Of a DNA stretch of 64,000 nucleotides, positions 18,927 through 28,220 are shown one piece after another. Origin of the DNA: an uncultured Bacteroidales bacterium (lineage in GTDB: Bacteria; Bacteroidota; Bacteroidia; Bacteroidales; WCHB1-69); assembly GCA_946624065.1 (NCBI GenBank), contig CAMORT010000003.1, positions 3,593-67,592 on the forward strand, in the 5' to 3' direction. Numbering within the stretch: position 1 is the stretch's first letter; every line of letters begins with the position of its first letter. The translations under genes were made by a program, and so were the position numbers. The notes under the pieces were generated by a model. The model was not told the DNA's origin, ran no database searches, and was given only the letters and a program-made list of their open reading frames with translations.

Positions 18927-19376
18927 ATGAATTTGGAACAAAGAATCAATGAAGACATCAAGGCTGCCATGCTAGCCAAGGAAAAAGATAAACTCAATGC
19001 TCTGAGAGCCATCAAGTCCGCCATTTTATTGGCGAAAACCCAGAAAGGCGCTGCGGATGAGATTAGCGAAGAGGGTGAAATCAAGATTTTGAAACAGTTG
19101 GTGAAGCAGCGTCAGGATTCCGCCGAAATGTATAAGCAGCAGAACCGCGATGATTTATATCAAGAGGAGAAATTCCAATTGGACATCATTTCCGCCTATC
19201 TGCCGAAGATGCTATCCGAGGAAGAGGTGGAAGCTTCTCTGAAACAGATCATTGCCGATAATGGATTCGCTGGCATGAAAGATATGGGCAAGGTGATGGG
19301 GCAGGCCACGAAGTTGTTTGCCGGTAAGGCCGACAACAAGATGGTGTCCGACATAGTGAAACGCTTGCTGTCTTAA
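18927..19376 (+). CDS. GatB/YqeY domain-containing protein
   Basis: MNLEQRINEDIKAAMLAKEKDKLNALRAIKSAILLAK is the typical YqeY N-terminus; 149 aa. Confidence 0.85.
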   Translation: MNLEQRINEDIKAAMLAKEKDKLNALRAIKSAILLAKTQKGAADEISEEGEIKILKQLVKQRQDSAEMYKQQNRDDLYQEEKFQLDIISAYLPKMLSEEEVEASLKQIIADNGFAGMKDMGKVMGQATKLFAGKADNKMVSDIVKRLLS

Positions 19377-19377
19377 C

Positions 19378-20502
19378 ATGAAGTATTACATCATAGCAGG
19401 CGAGGCGTCCGGTGATCTTCATGCGTCCAACCTTATGAAGGCGCTCAAGGAACGCGACCCGCAGGCGGATTTCCGTTGTTGGGGCGGCGACCTTATGGAG
19501 CAGGCGGGCGGCGATATCGTAAAACATTATAAGGAACTGGCTTTCATGGGTTTCTTTGAGGTGATTACCCACCTGAATGAGATTCTCCGCAATTTCAAGA
19601 TCTGCCAGACCGACATTTTGCTGTATGAGCCAGATGCTGTCATTCTGGTGGATTATCCGGGATTCAACCTCCGCATGGCCAAATTCGCCAAAGAGCAGGG
19701 CTTCAAGGTCATCTATTACATCTCTCCGCAGATTTGGGCATGGAAGAAGGGCAGAATCAAGAAAATCAAGAAATATGTGGATGAAATGATGGTGATTTTG
19801 CCTTTTGAGGAGGAATTTTATGCCAAAAACGGCATGAAAGTGCATTATGTGGGGCATCCGCTGTTGGATGCGGTAAACTGCGATTTGCACCAATCCGAAG
19901 AGGTGCTTCGTTTTCGTGAACAGTATGAGTTGGACGACCGCGAGATTATTGCCCTGTTGCCTGGGAGCCGCAAACAGGAGATTACCGCCATTCTTCCGCA
20001 AATGCTCAAGATGATCCCCCTGTTTCCACAGTATCAGTTTGTGGTTTCCGTGGTGGATTGGCAACCGGCGGAACTGTATGACAAGTATCTGAAGAAGTAT
20101 TCCGTAAAAAAAGTGAAAGGCAACGCCTATCCGATGTTGGCTAATGCGAAGGCCGCCATTGTGGCCTCGGGTACTGCTACGCTGGAAACCGCTATGATCG
20201 GCACCCCGGAAGTGGTGTGCTATGCGGGTAATGAATTGTCGTATCTTATTGCCAAACAGTTGATTACGGGTATTAAGTATATTTCTTTGGTGAATTTGAT
20301 TATGGACAAACCGGTGGTGGCGGAATTGATACAGCACGATTATGACACCCCGCACTTGCAGAAAGAGCTCCAGCTTATCACCGAGGATGAGTCGTATATT
20401 GCCGCCATGAAAGCGGATTACAAGCAGCTGGTCACGCTCTTGGGCGACGGCTCCGCTTCCGCCAAAGCGGCTGAAATTGTGACAGATGCATTGTCAAACT
20501 GA
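19378..20502 (+). CDS. lpxB: lipid-A-disaccharide synthase
   Basis: MKYYIIAGEASGDLHASNLMKAL...VDYPGFNL... LpxB signature; 374 aa. Confidence 0.9.
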   Translation: MKYYIIAGEASGDLHASNLMKALKERDPQADFRCWGGDLMEQAGGDIVKHYKELAFMGFFEVITHLNEILRNFKICQTDILLYEPDAVILVDYPGFNLRMAKFAKEQGFKVIYYISPQIWAWKKGRIKKIKKYVDEMMVILPFEEEFYAKNGMKVHYVGHPLLDAVNCDLHQSEEVLRFREQYELDDREIIALLPGSRKQEITAILPQMLKMIPLFPQYQFVVSVVDWQPAELYDKYLKKYSVKKVKGNAYPMLANAKAAIVASGTATLETAMIGTPEVVCYAGNELSYLIAKQLITGIKYISLVNLIMDKPVVAELIQHDYDTPHLQKELQLITEDESYIAAMKADYKQLVTLLGDGSASAKAAEIVTDALSN

Positions 20503-20511
20503 AAAATTGTA

Positions 20512-20519
20512 TATTTTTG
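20512..20519 (+). promoter_or_regulatory. -7 promoter box TAttTTTG
   Basis: TAnnTTTG, 48 nt upstream of the ATG at 20567. Confidence 0.4.
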
Positions 20520-20566
20520 CAACATTTAATGTGATAGTTCGTTATTAAATTTATATAGCATATAAA

Positions 20567-21010
20567 ATGAGAAATAGTATATCTTTTTTGACCGTTGCGG
20601 TAACCCTGTTGTTAGGGTCTTTTGCAGAAGTTTCCGCTCATGATGTGGACTTCGGTAGTGCGCAATATGTGAATGTGATGGTGGCTGATACTATGCCGTT
20701 CTATGTCCCTAATGCGTTTACTCCCAATAACGATGGTGTGAATGAGTATTTTATGCTGAAATATGAACTGACGCCGGAAGAAACTTTCGCCACATTTTTC
20801 ATGATGATTTGCGACCGATATGGGAATGTGCTGTTCAAGACCTACAACCCGACCGCATACTGGGACGGGAAGGATAAGAATGGAGTGCTTTGCCCCGCTG
20901 GCGTGTATTCCTATGTCATCAAGTACAAATTACGCCGTAATACCAAAGTTGAACAAGTCAACAAAAACGATTTGGAGGTTCGTACGGGTAGTGTCGTGCT
21001 GATACGATAA
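20567..21010 (+). CDS. 147-aa protein made of a signal peptide plus a T9SS type B (gliding-motility-associated) C-terminal sorting domain, with almost no passenger
   Basis: Signal peptide ending AEVSA. FYVPNAFTPNNDGVNEYF...YWDGKDKNGVLCPAGVYSYVIKY...GSVVLIR matches the type B CTD pattern. Only about 20 residues lie between the two. Confidence 0.75.
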   Translation: MRNSISFLTVAVTLLLGSFAEVSAHDVDFGSAQYVNVMVADTMPFYVPNAFTPNNDGVNEYFMLKYELTPEETFATFFMMICDRYGNVLFKTYNPTAYWDGKDKNGVLCPAGVYSYVIKYKLRRNTKVEQVNKNDLEVRTGSVVLIR

Positions 21011-21044
21011 TGATTATGTAATATTCCCATTTCCCCCACTCGAG

Positions 21045-23954
21045 ATGAAAAGGATCGCTTTTTTTCTGTTCGTTTTCCTGTCTGTTAACGTAAACGCTTT
21101 ATTTGCTCAGGATATTATCATGACCAACACCTCGGTGGTGCAGGGTATTACAGAGGATAGTCGAGCTTTTTATGATCCCGGTGGACAGAATGGGGATTTC
21201 GGTCTTGGCATTCGTGACACGCTTACGATGCGCAATTCCATGTCAGGCCAAGGCACGCTGAGCGTGATTTTTGATGATTTTGCCATGGGTTATGGCGATA
21301 CTTTGTATGTTTTCGACAGTCAGACGTGCGACCCGAACCATTTGATTGGCTTCTACAACTCCGTAAATTCTCCCGAGGAGGTTTCCACGGTCTCAGGCTA
21401 TCTTACCTTTGTCTTTCATTCCGACAGTATTCATGATTATGGCATCTTGAAGTCGGGTTGGGTGGCACGCGCTTATGTGACTCCGGCTAATCCCGATCAA
21501 CTTTGGCTTAATTCTGATAATCAAGGGCTCACCATGACATCTTGTAATTTCAAGTTCTATGATTCAGGTGGCCCAGGGAATATGACAACCAATACCGGAA
21601 CTGTATGGTGTGAGCTTCAATCGCCTGTATCTCATGTGAAACTGGAATTCCAATCTTTCAATGTGGCTGGTGTGATGAAGATTTACGATGGGCAGTATTA
21701 TGATCCCAATAAACGTTTGATAGGTCAGTGGCATTCCACTACCGTGGGGCCTACGGGAAAACCACCTGTGTTGTTTTCTTCCGGAAACACCTTGACAGTT
21801 GAATATGTGAGTGCTGCCGGTGATATGAACAAGCCAGGTTGGGAGGCCACGGTGAGCTGCGTTACTGAGCTTTTTGAAAGCCCCGATGGTTCGGCCTGCC
21901 CCAGTGTTGTGAGTCAAAATGAGTTGGGAGAAGACTTGCCAGATACGTTATACCATACATGCGGGGTGCCTATCATTTTGTCGGCTAAGGTGACCGCTAC
22001 CGGAAGATATACTAACGACTATACGGTGAAATCCATACCATTTAATCCGCCATATCCTTTCACGGCGGGTACATCTTGCAACGCTAATGATGATGATAGC
22101 TGGTTGGCACAAGTGTCATTAGGATTTACTTTTTCATTTTTTGGTAATAATTATACTACGGTTTATCCAGGAACAAATGCCATAATATCTTTAGAACCAA
22201 GATCAGGATCTTGTAATTGGAAGTACGGTACACCCCCGGCAAATCCACCATATACCAATATTTCTGGAAACCAGACCCAAGGTCATCCATATAATTATGA
22301 AAATGCCATTTATGGAGTGTATCATGATGTGCATTGTGCACATTATTCAAATGGTGGTGCTGTTCGTAAGGGCGTTTTAGGTGAATACCCTTGTCGATCT
22401 TTTGTTTTCAATTATGATCACATTGCCTTGTTTGGTAATGATAGTGAGCAAGGAAGCACTCCCAATGAGTATGATAATGGTTATTATAACACCTATCAGA
22501 TGGTGATGTATGAGGGCACTAACATTATTGACATCTATGTGAAGCATTGTAGCAAGGGACAGACTGCCACCAGTATTGATGGGAAGGAAGGTGTAATTGG
22601 TTTACACAACAAATCCTCTTCACAAGTATTATTGGCTCCAGGTAGAGGCCCTGACTGGTGGGTGAATCCAGGTAATCCCCAAAACGAGAATATCAAAAAG
22701 AATCAGGCTAATGACGAGGCTTGGCGTTTTACTCCCATTACACCAATGGATGAAGCCGCCACTATTGACTGGTTTGCCAATACGGTTTCTGACTCTACCT
22801 GTGTGGGACACTCCAAGAAACTGGTGGTGGACCCTCAGGATTCAACAGATTACATCGTAAGATATCACTTTACAAATGCGGGTAATAATCCATTCGACCT
22901 GTATGACACCGTGCACGTGATTGTGACGGTGCCGAAGTTGTCGCTGGATACTTTTACCGTTTGTCCAGGAAAAACGGTTAAGTTGGAGCCAATTTACAGT
23001 GACACAACGGAAATACATCCGGAGAGTTTCTTGTGGAACACCTCAGACACAACAGATACCCTCAGCATTCGAGCAATGCAGACCCAGGAATATGAGCTAA
23101 CCGTTCTTTTTGACAACAACTGCCGCCGTACCGCCAGAACTGTCGTGAATGTGGACACTATGGCTATTCCGCATATTTCCGGCGACTCGGTGATCTGCTA
23201 TGGAGACCAGGCCCGTTTGGTGGCCCAGGTGGACAGTCCGACCTATGTTTTGCGTTGGGGCAACGGATACGAGGGTGATGTGCTGGTGGTTCGCCCCACC
23301 GATACTTCCACCTATGTGGTGAAAGCCATCGAACCCTCTGATGAGGAATGCTTTACCACGGATACCATAACCGTCGTGGTTCTTCCATTGCCCGAATTGT
23401 CATTTACCTATTCGCCTGAATCAGTGGTGATTGAAAGGGGCGTGGGTACGCTGACCTGCTTCACGGATTGTGACCCCGATTACAATATAGTCTGGAATTT
23501 TAATGACCGGTATAATCCCGAAACTTCCATAATTGAGGATTTGCATTCCGTCACCCATGATTTTACCCATGTGGGATCATACGATGTTACGCTATCCGCC
23601 ACCAATCAGTATGAATGTCGCGATTCTGTGACGGAACATGTGCGAGTGTATGTGCCGGTTTCCTTTATGGTGCCCAATGCTTTCACTCCGAATGATGATG
23701 GACTTAACGATTACTTTATCCCCGTTTATGAAGGCGTTGAATTGGCACAATATCTGATGCTGGTTTATGACCGTGCCGGACGGCTGGTGTTCAAATCCAC
23801 CAATCCGACTGTAGGTTGGGACGGGCGTGATTTTAACGGCCAACTCTGTCCGCAAGGTGTGTACACCTACTATATCCATCATTGGACTCAAATGGATGAT
23901 TTGCGGGGAACGGGTCAGCCTGCCATTACGGGCGGTGTAACCTTGATTCGATAA
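21045..23954 (+). CDS. 969-aa secreted protein with CUB-like N-terminal repeats and a T9SS type B C-terminal sorting domain
   Basis: Signal peptide. Two segments of the form FYDPGGQNGDF... / FYDSGGPGNMTT...VMKIYDGQ. C-terminus VPNAFTPNDDGLNDYF...GWDGRDFNGQLCPQGVYTYYI...GGVTLIR. Confidence 0.75.
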   Translation: MKRIAFFLFVFLSVNVNALFAQDIIMTNTSVVQGITEDSRAFYDPGGQNGDFGLGIRDTLTMRNSMSGQGTLSVIFDDFAMGYGDTLYVFDSQTCDPNHLIGFYNSVNSPEEVSTVSGYLTFVFHSDSIHDYGILKSGWVARAYVTPANPDQLWLNSDNQGLTMTSCNFKFYDSGGPGNMTTNTGTVWCELQSPVSHVKLEFQSFNVAGVMKIYDGQYYDPNKRLIGQWHSTTVGPTGKPPVLFSSGNTLTVEYVSAAGDMNKPGWEATVSCVTELFESPDGSACPSVVSQNELGEDLPDTLYHTCGVPIILSAKVTATGRYTNDYTVKSIPFNPPYPFTAGTSCNANDDDSWLAQVSLGFTFSFFGNNYTTVYPGTNAIISLEPRSGSCNWKYGTPPANPPYTNISGNQTQGHPYNYENAIYGVYHDVHCAHYSNGGAVRKGVLGEYPCRSFVFNYDHIALFGNDSEQGSTPNEYDNGYYNTYQMVMYEGTNIIDIYVKHCSKGQTATSIDGKEGVIGLHNKSSSQVLLAPGRGPDWWVNPGNPQNENIKKNQANDEAWRFTPITPMDEAATIDWFANTVSDSTCVGHSKKLVVDPQDSTDYIVRYHFTNAGNNPFDLYDTVHVIVTVPKLSLDTFTVCPGKTVKLEPIYSDTTEIHPESFLWNTSDTTDTLSIRAMQTQEYELTVLFDNNCRRTARTVVNVDTMAIPHISGDSVICYGDQARLVAQVDSPTYVLRWGNGYEGDVLVVRPTDTSTYVVKAIEPSDEECFTTDTITVVVLPLPELSFTYSPESVVIERGVGTLTCFTDCDPDYNIVWNFNDRYNPETSIIEDLHSVTHDFTHVGSYDVTLSATNQYECRDSVTEHVRVYVPVSFMVPNAFTPNDDGLNDYFIPVYEGVELAQYLMLVYDRAGRLVFKSTNPTVGWDGRDFNGQLCPQGVYTYYIHHWTQMDDLRGTGQPAITGGVTLIR

Positions 23955-24602
23955 ATGTCACGGATTCTGAAAATTACGATGATGCTTTGCTGCGGCATTC
24001 TCTTGTTGGGAATGTCGGGTTGCGCCACTGCGCAAGTGGCGCAGGATACGATTGCGGGACCGCAAATTGACACGGTACTTGCTTCGGTGGACACAATGCC
24101 TCCCCTGGCTTCCGGTTACCAGTGGCTCTCCTATCGAGGCAAGGCCGATATCGTCGATACCGGTGGCACACGCACCTGCAACTTCTTCTTTGTGAACCGT
24201 GTGGATAGTATTATCTATTTGAATGTCAGCGCATACGGTATTGAGGTGATGCGGGCGGTGCTAACCCCTGACAGCATCAAATATGTCAACAAACTTACCT
24301 ATCAGTACTATGCGGGCACCTACGCGCCCCTTCGGTTGTTGTTGAAACGGCCGGTGAACTTCGCTCTGGTACAGGACATATTGCAAGGATACGGCGATGA
24401 GCGTCTGGCGCACTCATCCTTTTCGTGCGAATATCATGATTTTGCCGCAATGGATTCCACCCGTTCCTTTTTTACGGAAATGATATTGAAAGACTTGAAT
24501 CATCTGGTTGAAATTCAGGCCCATCTAAAGGTGATACGCTTTGATGTGCCAGGTCCCACGGGTATTAAAATTCCCGAGAAGTTCACGGAACTGAAACTAT
24601 AG
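23955..24602 (+). CDS. DUF4292-like (LolB-fold) lipoprotein
   Basis: Lipobox LLGMSGC. YRGKADIVDTGGTRTCNFFFVNRVDSIIYLNVSAYGIEVMRAVLTPDSIKYVN resembles DUF4292. The ATG abuts the upstream stop. Confidence 0.6.
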   Translation: MSRILKITMMLCCGILLLGMSGCATAQVAQDTIAGPQIDTVLASVDTMPPLASGYQWLSYRGKADIVDTGGTRTCNFFFVNRVDSIIYLNVSAYGIEVMRAVLTPDSIKYVNKLTYQYYAGTYAPLRLLLKRPVNFALVQDILQGYGDERLAHSSFSCEYHDFAAMDSTRSFFTEMILKDLNHLVEIQAHLKVIRFDVPGPTGIKIPEKFTELKL

Positions 24603-25516
24603 TGGTGATGCGTTCCGATCAAGTGAAGCAATGGATTCTGGATGCCGGTTTCTCTCATGTGGGCATTGCTCCGGCGCACGCTTTGTGCGAGGCGGAGGAG
24701 CGGTTTATGGCTGCCATAGGGGAGGGGAGGCACGCGGACATGCGCTTCCTGGAACGCGATGTGCACAAGCGCTTCGATCCTGTGGAACTGCTCCCCGGGT
24801 GCCAGAGTGTCATTGTGGCGGCTCTCGATTACCGCATTGCCGAGCAACCCGCCAGCGACAAGTACCGGACTGCCCGTTACACTTGGATTGAGGACTATCA
24901 TGTGCTGGTGAAACGGATGTTGCAAGAAGTGGTGAGCAAGATGTCGGAACAGAATTCGTCGGCGCAATGCCGCATCACGGTGGACAGCTCCTGCATTTCG
25001 GAAAAGAACTGGGCGGTAGAGGCCGGGGTTGGCTGCTATGGCAAAAACGGTCTGGTGCACAACGATGACGGGTCTTATTTCGTGTTCGGCATTATTTTGA
25101 CCACTTGCGCCTTCGATCACTACGATTCTCCGAAAAAATCGGACTGCGGCGATTGCATGTTGTGTGTGAACAGTTGTCCGGCCCAGGCATTGTCACCCTA
25201 TAAAGTGGATGCGAACAAATGCTTTGCCTATCAGACGGTGGAGAATAAAAATACTGATAATGAGGTGTTTGTAAGGGCTCCATTGGTCTTTGGATGCGAT
25301 TGTTGTCAGGAGGTTTGTCCAAAAAACAAAAAAAATGCCGGTCTGCGTCCGAATGTATTGAAAAGTTCATTATTTTTGCGGCTCCAAAATGAGGAGATGG
25401 AAAACCTCTCACCGGAGGAATTCAAAACCTATTTTGGAGACACTGCGATGGCACGAAGGAAGTATGAGCGATTTAGCCGTGCCATATCTGCTAAAAAGTC
25501 TAAAAATTCAGAATAA
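24602..25516 (+). CDS. queG: tRNA epoxyqueuosine(34) reductase
   Basis: 4Fe-4S motifs CGDCMLCVNSCP and GCDCCQEVCP, and the overall QueG layout. The start is GTG at 24602 or ATG at 24608. Confidence 0.85.
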   Translation: MVMRSDQVKQWILDAGFSHVGIAPAHALCEAEERFMAAIGEGRHADMRFLERDVHKRFDPVELLPGCQSVIVAALDYRIAEQPASDKYRTARYTWIEDYHVLVKRMLQEVVSKMSEQNSSAQCRITVDSSCISEKNWAVEAGVGCYGKNGLVHNDDGSYFVFGIILTTCAFDHYDSPKKSDCGDCMLCVNSCPAQALSPYKVDANKCFAYQTVENKNTDNEVFVRAPLVFGCDCCQEVCPKNKKNAGLRPNVLKSSLFLRLQNEEMENLSPEEFKTYFGDTAMARRKYERFSRAISAKKSKNSE

Positions 25517-25522
25517 GGAATC

Positions 25523-26497
25523 GTGGATTTGAAAGACAGGAACGACATAATCAACTACGCCGCCGAGGTGTTGCAAGAGGAGGCGAATGCTGTACAAACC
25601 CTCAAACAGTATCTGACGGATGATTTTGTGAAGAGTGTGGAGACGATTCTGAATTCAAAAGGCCGGGTCATCGTCACCGGCATTGGAAAAAGCGCGATAA
25701 TCGGTCAGAAGATCGTTTCCACGCTGAATTCCACCGGCACACCGGCAGTCTTCATGCACGCGGCGGATGCCATACATGGGGATCTGGGCATTATCCAGCA
25801 AGACGATGTGGTTCTTTGCATATCCAAGAGCGGCAACACACCTGAAATTTCTTTGTTGACGCCCTTTCTGAAGAAAAACGGCAACATCCTGATTGCAATG
25901 GTCGGCAATACGGAGTCGCACCTCGCCCGCGAGGCCCATTATGTGCTCAATTGCACTGTGGAACGGGAAGCCAGTCCCAATAATCTGGCCCCAACAAGCA
26001 GTTCCACCGCCCAATTGGCCCTTGGCGACGCCCTTGCCTCCACCCTGATCAAGCTGCGCGGCTTCACTTCCGAAGATTTCGCCCAACTCCATCCAGGTGG
26101 CATTTTGGGAAAACGCCTCTATATGAAAGTCAAGGACTTGTACAAGTTCAACGATGTTCCGATGGTGGCCCCAACTGACCCGATGCAGACCGTGATTTTG
26201 GAAATCTCCGGCAAATGCCTCGGCGTAACCGCCGTGGTGGAGAATGAGAAGGTGGTGGGAGCCATCACCGACGGCGACCTCCGGCGAATGCTGGAACGCA
26301 ATCCAGATTACAGTCGCCTCACCGCACAGGATGTGATGACAAAACAGCCGAAATCGGTCCACGAAGAAACCCTCGTCGTGGATGCGCTGGAACTGATGAA
26401 GAGCAAGAACATCACCAACCTCTTTGTCATTGACAGCCAGGAACGTTATCTTGGAGTGATTCATCTCCACGATATCATCAAGGAGGGTATTTACTAA
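25523..26497 (+). CDS. kdsD: KpsF/GutQ-family arabinose-5-phosphate isomerase (SIS + 2 CBS)
   Basis: GRVIVTGIGKSAIIGQKIVSTLNSTGTPAVFMHAADAIHGDLG SIS motif, with a CBS pair at the C-terminus. GTG start. Confidence 0.88.
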   Translation: MDLKDRNDIINYAAEVLQEEANAVQTLKQYLTDDFVKSVETILNSKGRVIVTGIGKSAIIGQKIVSTLNSTGTPAVFMHAADAIHGDLGIIQQDDVVLCISKSGNTPEISLLTPFLKKNGNILIAMVGNTESHLAREAHYVLNCTVEREASPNNLAPTSSSTAQLALGDALASTLIKLRGFTSEDFAQLHPGGILGKRLYMKVKDLYKFNDVPMVAPTDPMQTVILEISGKCLGVTAVVENEKVVGAITDGDLRRMLERNPDYSRLTAQDVMTKQPKSVHEETLVVDALELMKSKNITNLFVIDSQERYLGVIHLHDIIKEGIY

Positions 26498-26499
26498 CT

Positions 26500-26581
26500 G
26501 CCCGGATGGCGGAAGTGGTAGACGCGCACGTTTCAGGTGCGTGTGCCGAAAGGCGTGCAGGTTCAAGTCCTGTTCCGGGCA
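26500..26581 (+). tRNA. tRNA-Leu (anticodon CAG)
   Basis: Acceptor stem GCCCGGA / TCCGGGC. D arm TGGCGGAAGTGGTAGACGC is typical of tRNA-Leu. Anticodon stem CACGT / GCGTG with loop TTCAGGT. Long variable arm, T arm GGTTCAAGTCC, and no encoded CCA. Confidence 0.85.
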
Positions 26582-26586
26582 CTGAA
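26566..26586 (+). repeat. attL-like copy of a 21-bp direct repeat (AGTCCTGTTCCGGGCACTGAA), covering the last 16 nt of tRNA-Leu(CAG) plus 5 nt
   Basis: Identical 21-mer at 31298-31318. Confidence 0.85.
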
Positions 26587-26636
26587 GGATTTTGCAAGTA
26601 GTTCAAAATGAACGAAAATGCAGAATCCTTTTTTTT
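26585..26636 (+). terminator. hairpin plus T run following tRNA-Leu(CAG), supplied by the inserted DNA
   Basis: AAGGATTTTGCA / TGCAGAATCCTT (12 bp, one G-U pair), 22-nt loop, then TTTTTTTT. Confidence 0.55.
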
Positions 26637-26711
26637 GTGTCGTTTTGTCACGAGTCATATTTTATGTGTTCATGCATAAAAATTATTGTTTTGCTGTTAC
26701 AAAATAATACT

Positions 26712-26719
26712 TATCTTTG
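26712..26719 (+). promoter_or_regulatory. -7 promoter box TAtcTTTG for the YhcG-like gene
   Basis: TAnnTTTG, 22 nt upstream of the ATG at 26741. It shows that the track's TTG start at 26717 is an artefact. Confidence 0.5.
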
Positions 26720-26740
26720 CATTCTAAAAACAACAAAACT

Positions 26741-27907
26741 ATGACTAACAAAACGACATTTATTTCCCGTGACATCATGACTGCCGATGAGGGCTATGTG
26801 CAATGGATGGCTGACATCAAGCAGCGTTTCCGTCAAAGCCAATTAAAAGCGGCAGTTCGAGTGAACACCACCATGCTTGAATTTTACTGGAGTGTAGGCC
26901 GTGATTTGGTGGCACTGCGTGCTGAAGAGCGTTGGGGATCTGGCGTGGTTAAACAATTTGCCCTTGACATGCGGCAGGCATTTCCTAATGAAACAGGATT
27001 CTCATACTCCAATGTAAAATACATGAAACAATGGTATTTATATTATTATGAGAGAGTTATAAAATGTCAGCAAGCGGCTAACGAAAAAAGCCACCAGCTT
27101 GGTGGCCAATTGGAAGTCGTTGAAAAAAGCCAGCAAATTGCTGGCCAAATTGATATTCTGAAGAAAGGCCAGCAGCCTGCTGGCCAATTAGAGATGCCCG
27201 AGATTTTTGGAAGAATACCGTGGTTCCATCATGTCCAGATCATTTCCAAATGTAAGACTCTTGATGATGCTTTATTCTATATCGATCGAGTGGTGGCAGA
27301 AGGCTGGAGCCGCAGCAAACTTGAGAACCAAATTGCCGCTAATCTTTACGGCAGTCAAGGTGCAGCGGTTAATAATTTTGCAAGCACATTGCCTTCCACA
27401 CAGAGCCAATTGGCGAAAGAACTATTGAAAGACCCTTATCATTTCGACTTCCTGTCCATGGAAGAGGAGTATGTGGAAAAAGACTTGGAAGACGCCCTTG
27501 TCTCGAAGGTCACGCAGTTCCTGTTGGAGTTGGGGAAAGGTTTTTCATATGTGGGTCGTCAGATGGAGTTGCAAATGCCCGGAGGGCAGACCTTCTTTCC
27601 CGACTTGTTGTTCTATCACATACCGCAGCACCGCTATGTTGTCGTTGAGTTGAAGGTGGTGAAGTTCATCCCCGAGTTTGCCGGCAAACTGAATTTCTAT
27701 GTCTCTGCCGTTGACGAGTTGTTGCGTGCTGAGGGCGACAACCCCACCGTAGGACTGATTATCTGCAAATCGAGCGACAAGACCGTTGTGGAATGGTCGT
27801 TGAAAGACATCAGCAAGCCTCTTGGCGTATCCACCTACCAACTTGAGCAGGTGGTCGCTCGCACGGTGAGAGAGTTGGAACAGAGGAAAGGAGAGGGACG
27901 GAAATAG
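26741..27907 (+). CDS. YhcG/DUF1016-family PD-(D/E)xK nuclease domain protein
   Basis: DUF1016 N-domain pattern (NTTMLEFYWSVGRDLV...WGSGVVKQFALDMRQAFPNETGFSYSNVKYMKQWY). C-terminal nuclease core (FLLELGKGFSYVGRQ...FFPDLLFYHIPQHRYVVVELKVVKF...GKLNFY). Confidence 0.8.
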   Translation: MTNKTTFISRDIMTADEGYVQWMADIKQRFRQSQLKAAVRVNTTMLEFYWSVGRDLVALRAEERWGSGVVKQFALDMRQAFPNETGFSYSNVKYMKQWYLYYYERVIKCQQAANEKSHQLGGQLEVVEKSQQIAGQIDILKKGQQPAGQLEMPEIFGRIPWFHHVQIISKCKTLDDALFYIDRVVAEGWSRSKLENQIAANLYGSQGAAVNNFASTLPSTQSQLAKELLKDPYHFDFLSMEEEYVEKDLEDALVSKVTQFLLELGKGFSYVGRQMELQMPGGQTFFPDLLFYHIPQHRYVVVELKVVKFIPEFAGKLNFYVSAVDELLRAEGDNPTVGLIICKSSDKTVVEWSLKDISKPLGVSTYQLEQVVARTVRELEQRKGEGRK

Positions 27908-28220
27908 GTTGCACAGGGCGGTTGTATTTTTGCAAATGAGAAACGAAACAGAAACGAAGCAAATAATTTTAAAGAAGCATATTATTTGTTCGAATAACTG
28001 ACTCTAAATTATTCGTATAATAAAAATCCACATCGAAATGTGTCACCATCTCGAAGTTTAAGATTTTTTTGTTATTTTTGTATCGTCTTTTTTTTGTTTT
28101 GGAGAGAAACCAAAACTCCCCTTCCATATTATAACCTTAAATTATGTTTCACAATACCATTCCTATTAAATATAATTCTTCAACTGTAACTTTAACGGAA
28201 TAATGCCTGCCTTTTTGTGA

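Noticed and set aside
19249-20355. 368-aa minus-strand ORF
   Set aside because: It lies entirely antisense to lpxB, which has a clear family signature. Its sequence is His/Arg/Gln-rich low complexity, typical of a shadow frame.
26500-26581. Alternative fold of the first tRNA, giving anticodon TTC (Glu)
   Set aside because: The long variable arm and the GGTAGA D-loop are tRNA-Leu hallmarks. The fold with stem CACGT/GCGTG and loop TTCAGGT (anticodon CAG, G37) matches the architecture of the second tRNA-Leu at 53243.
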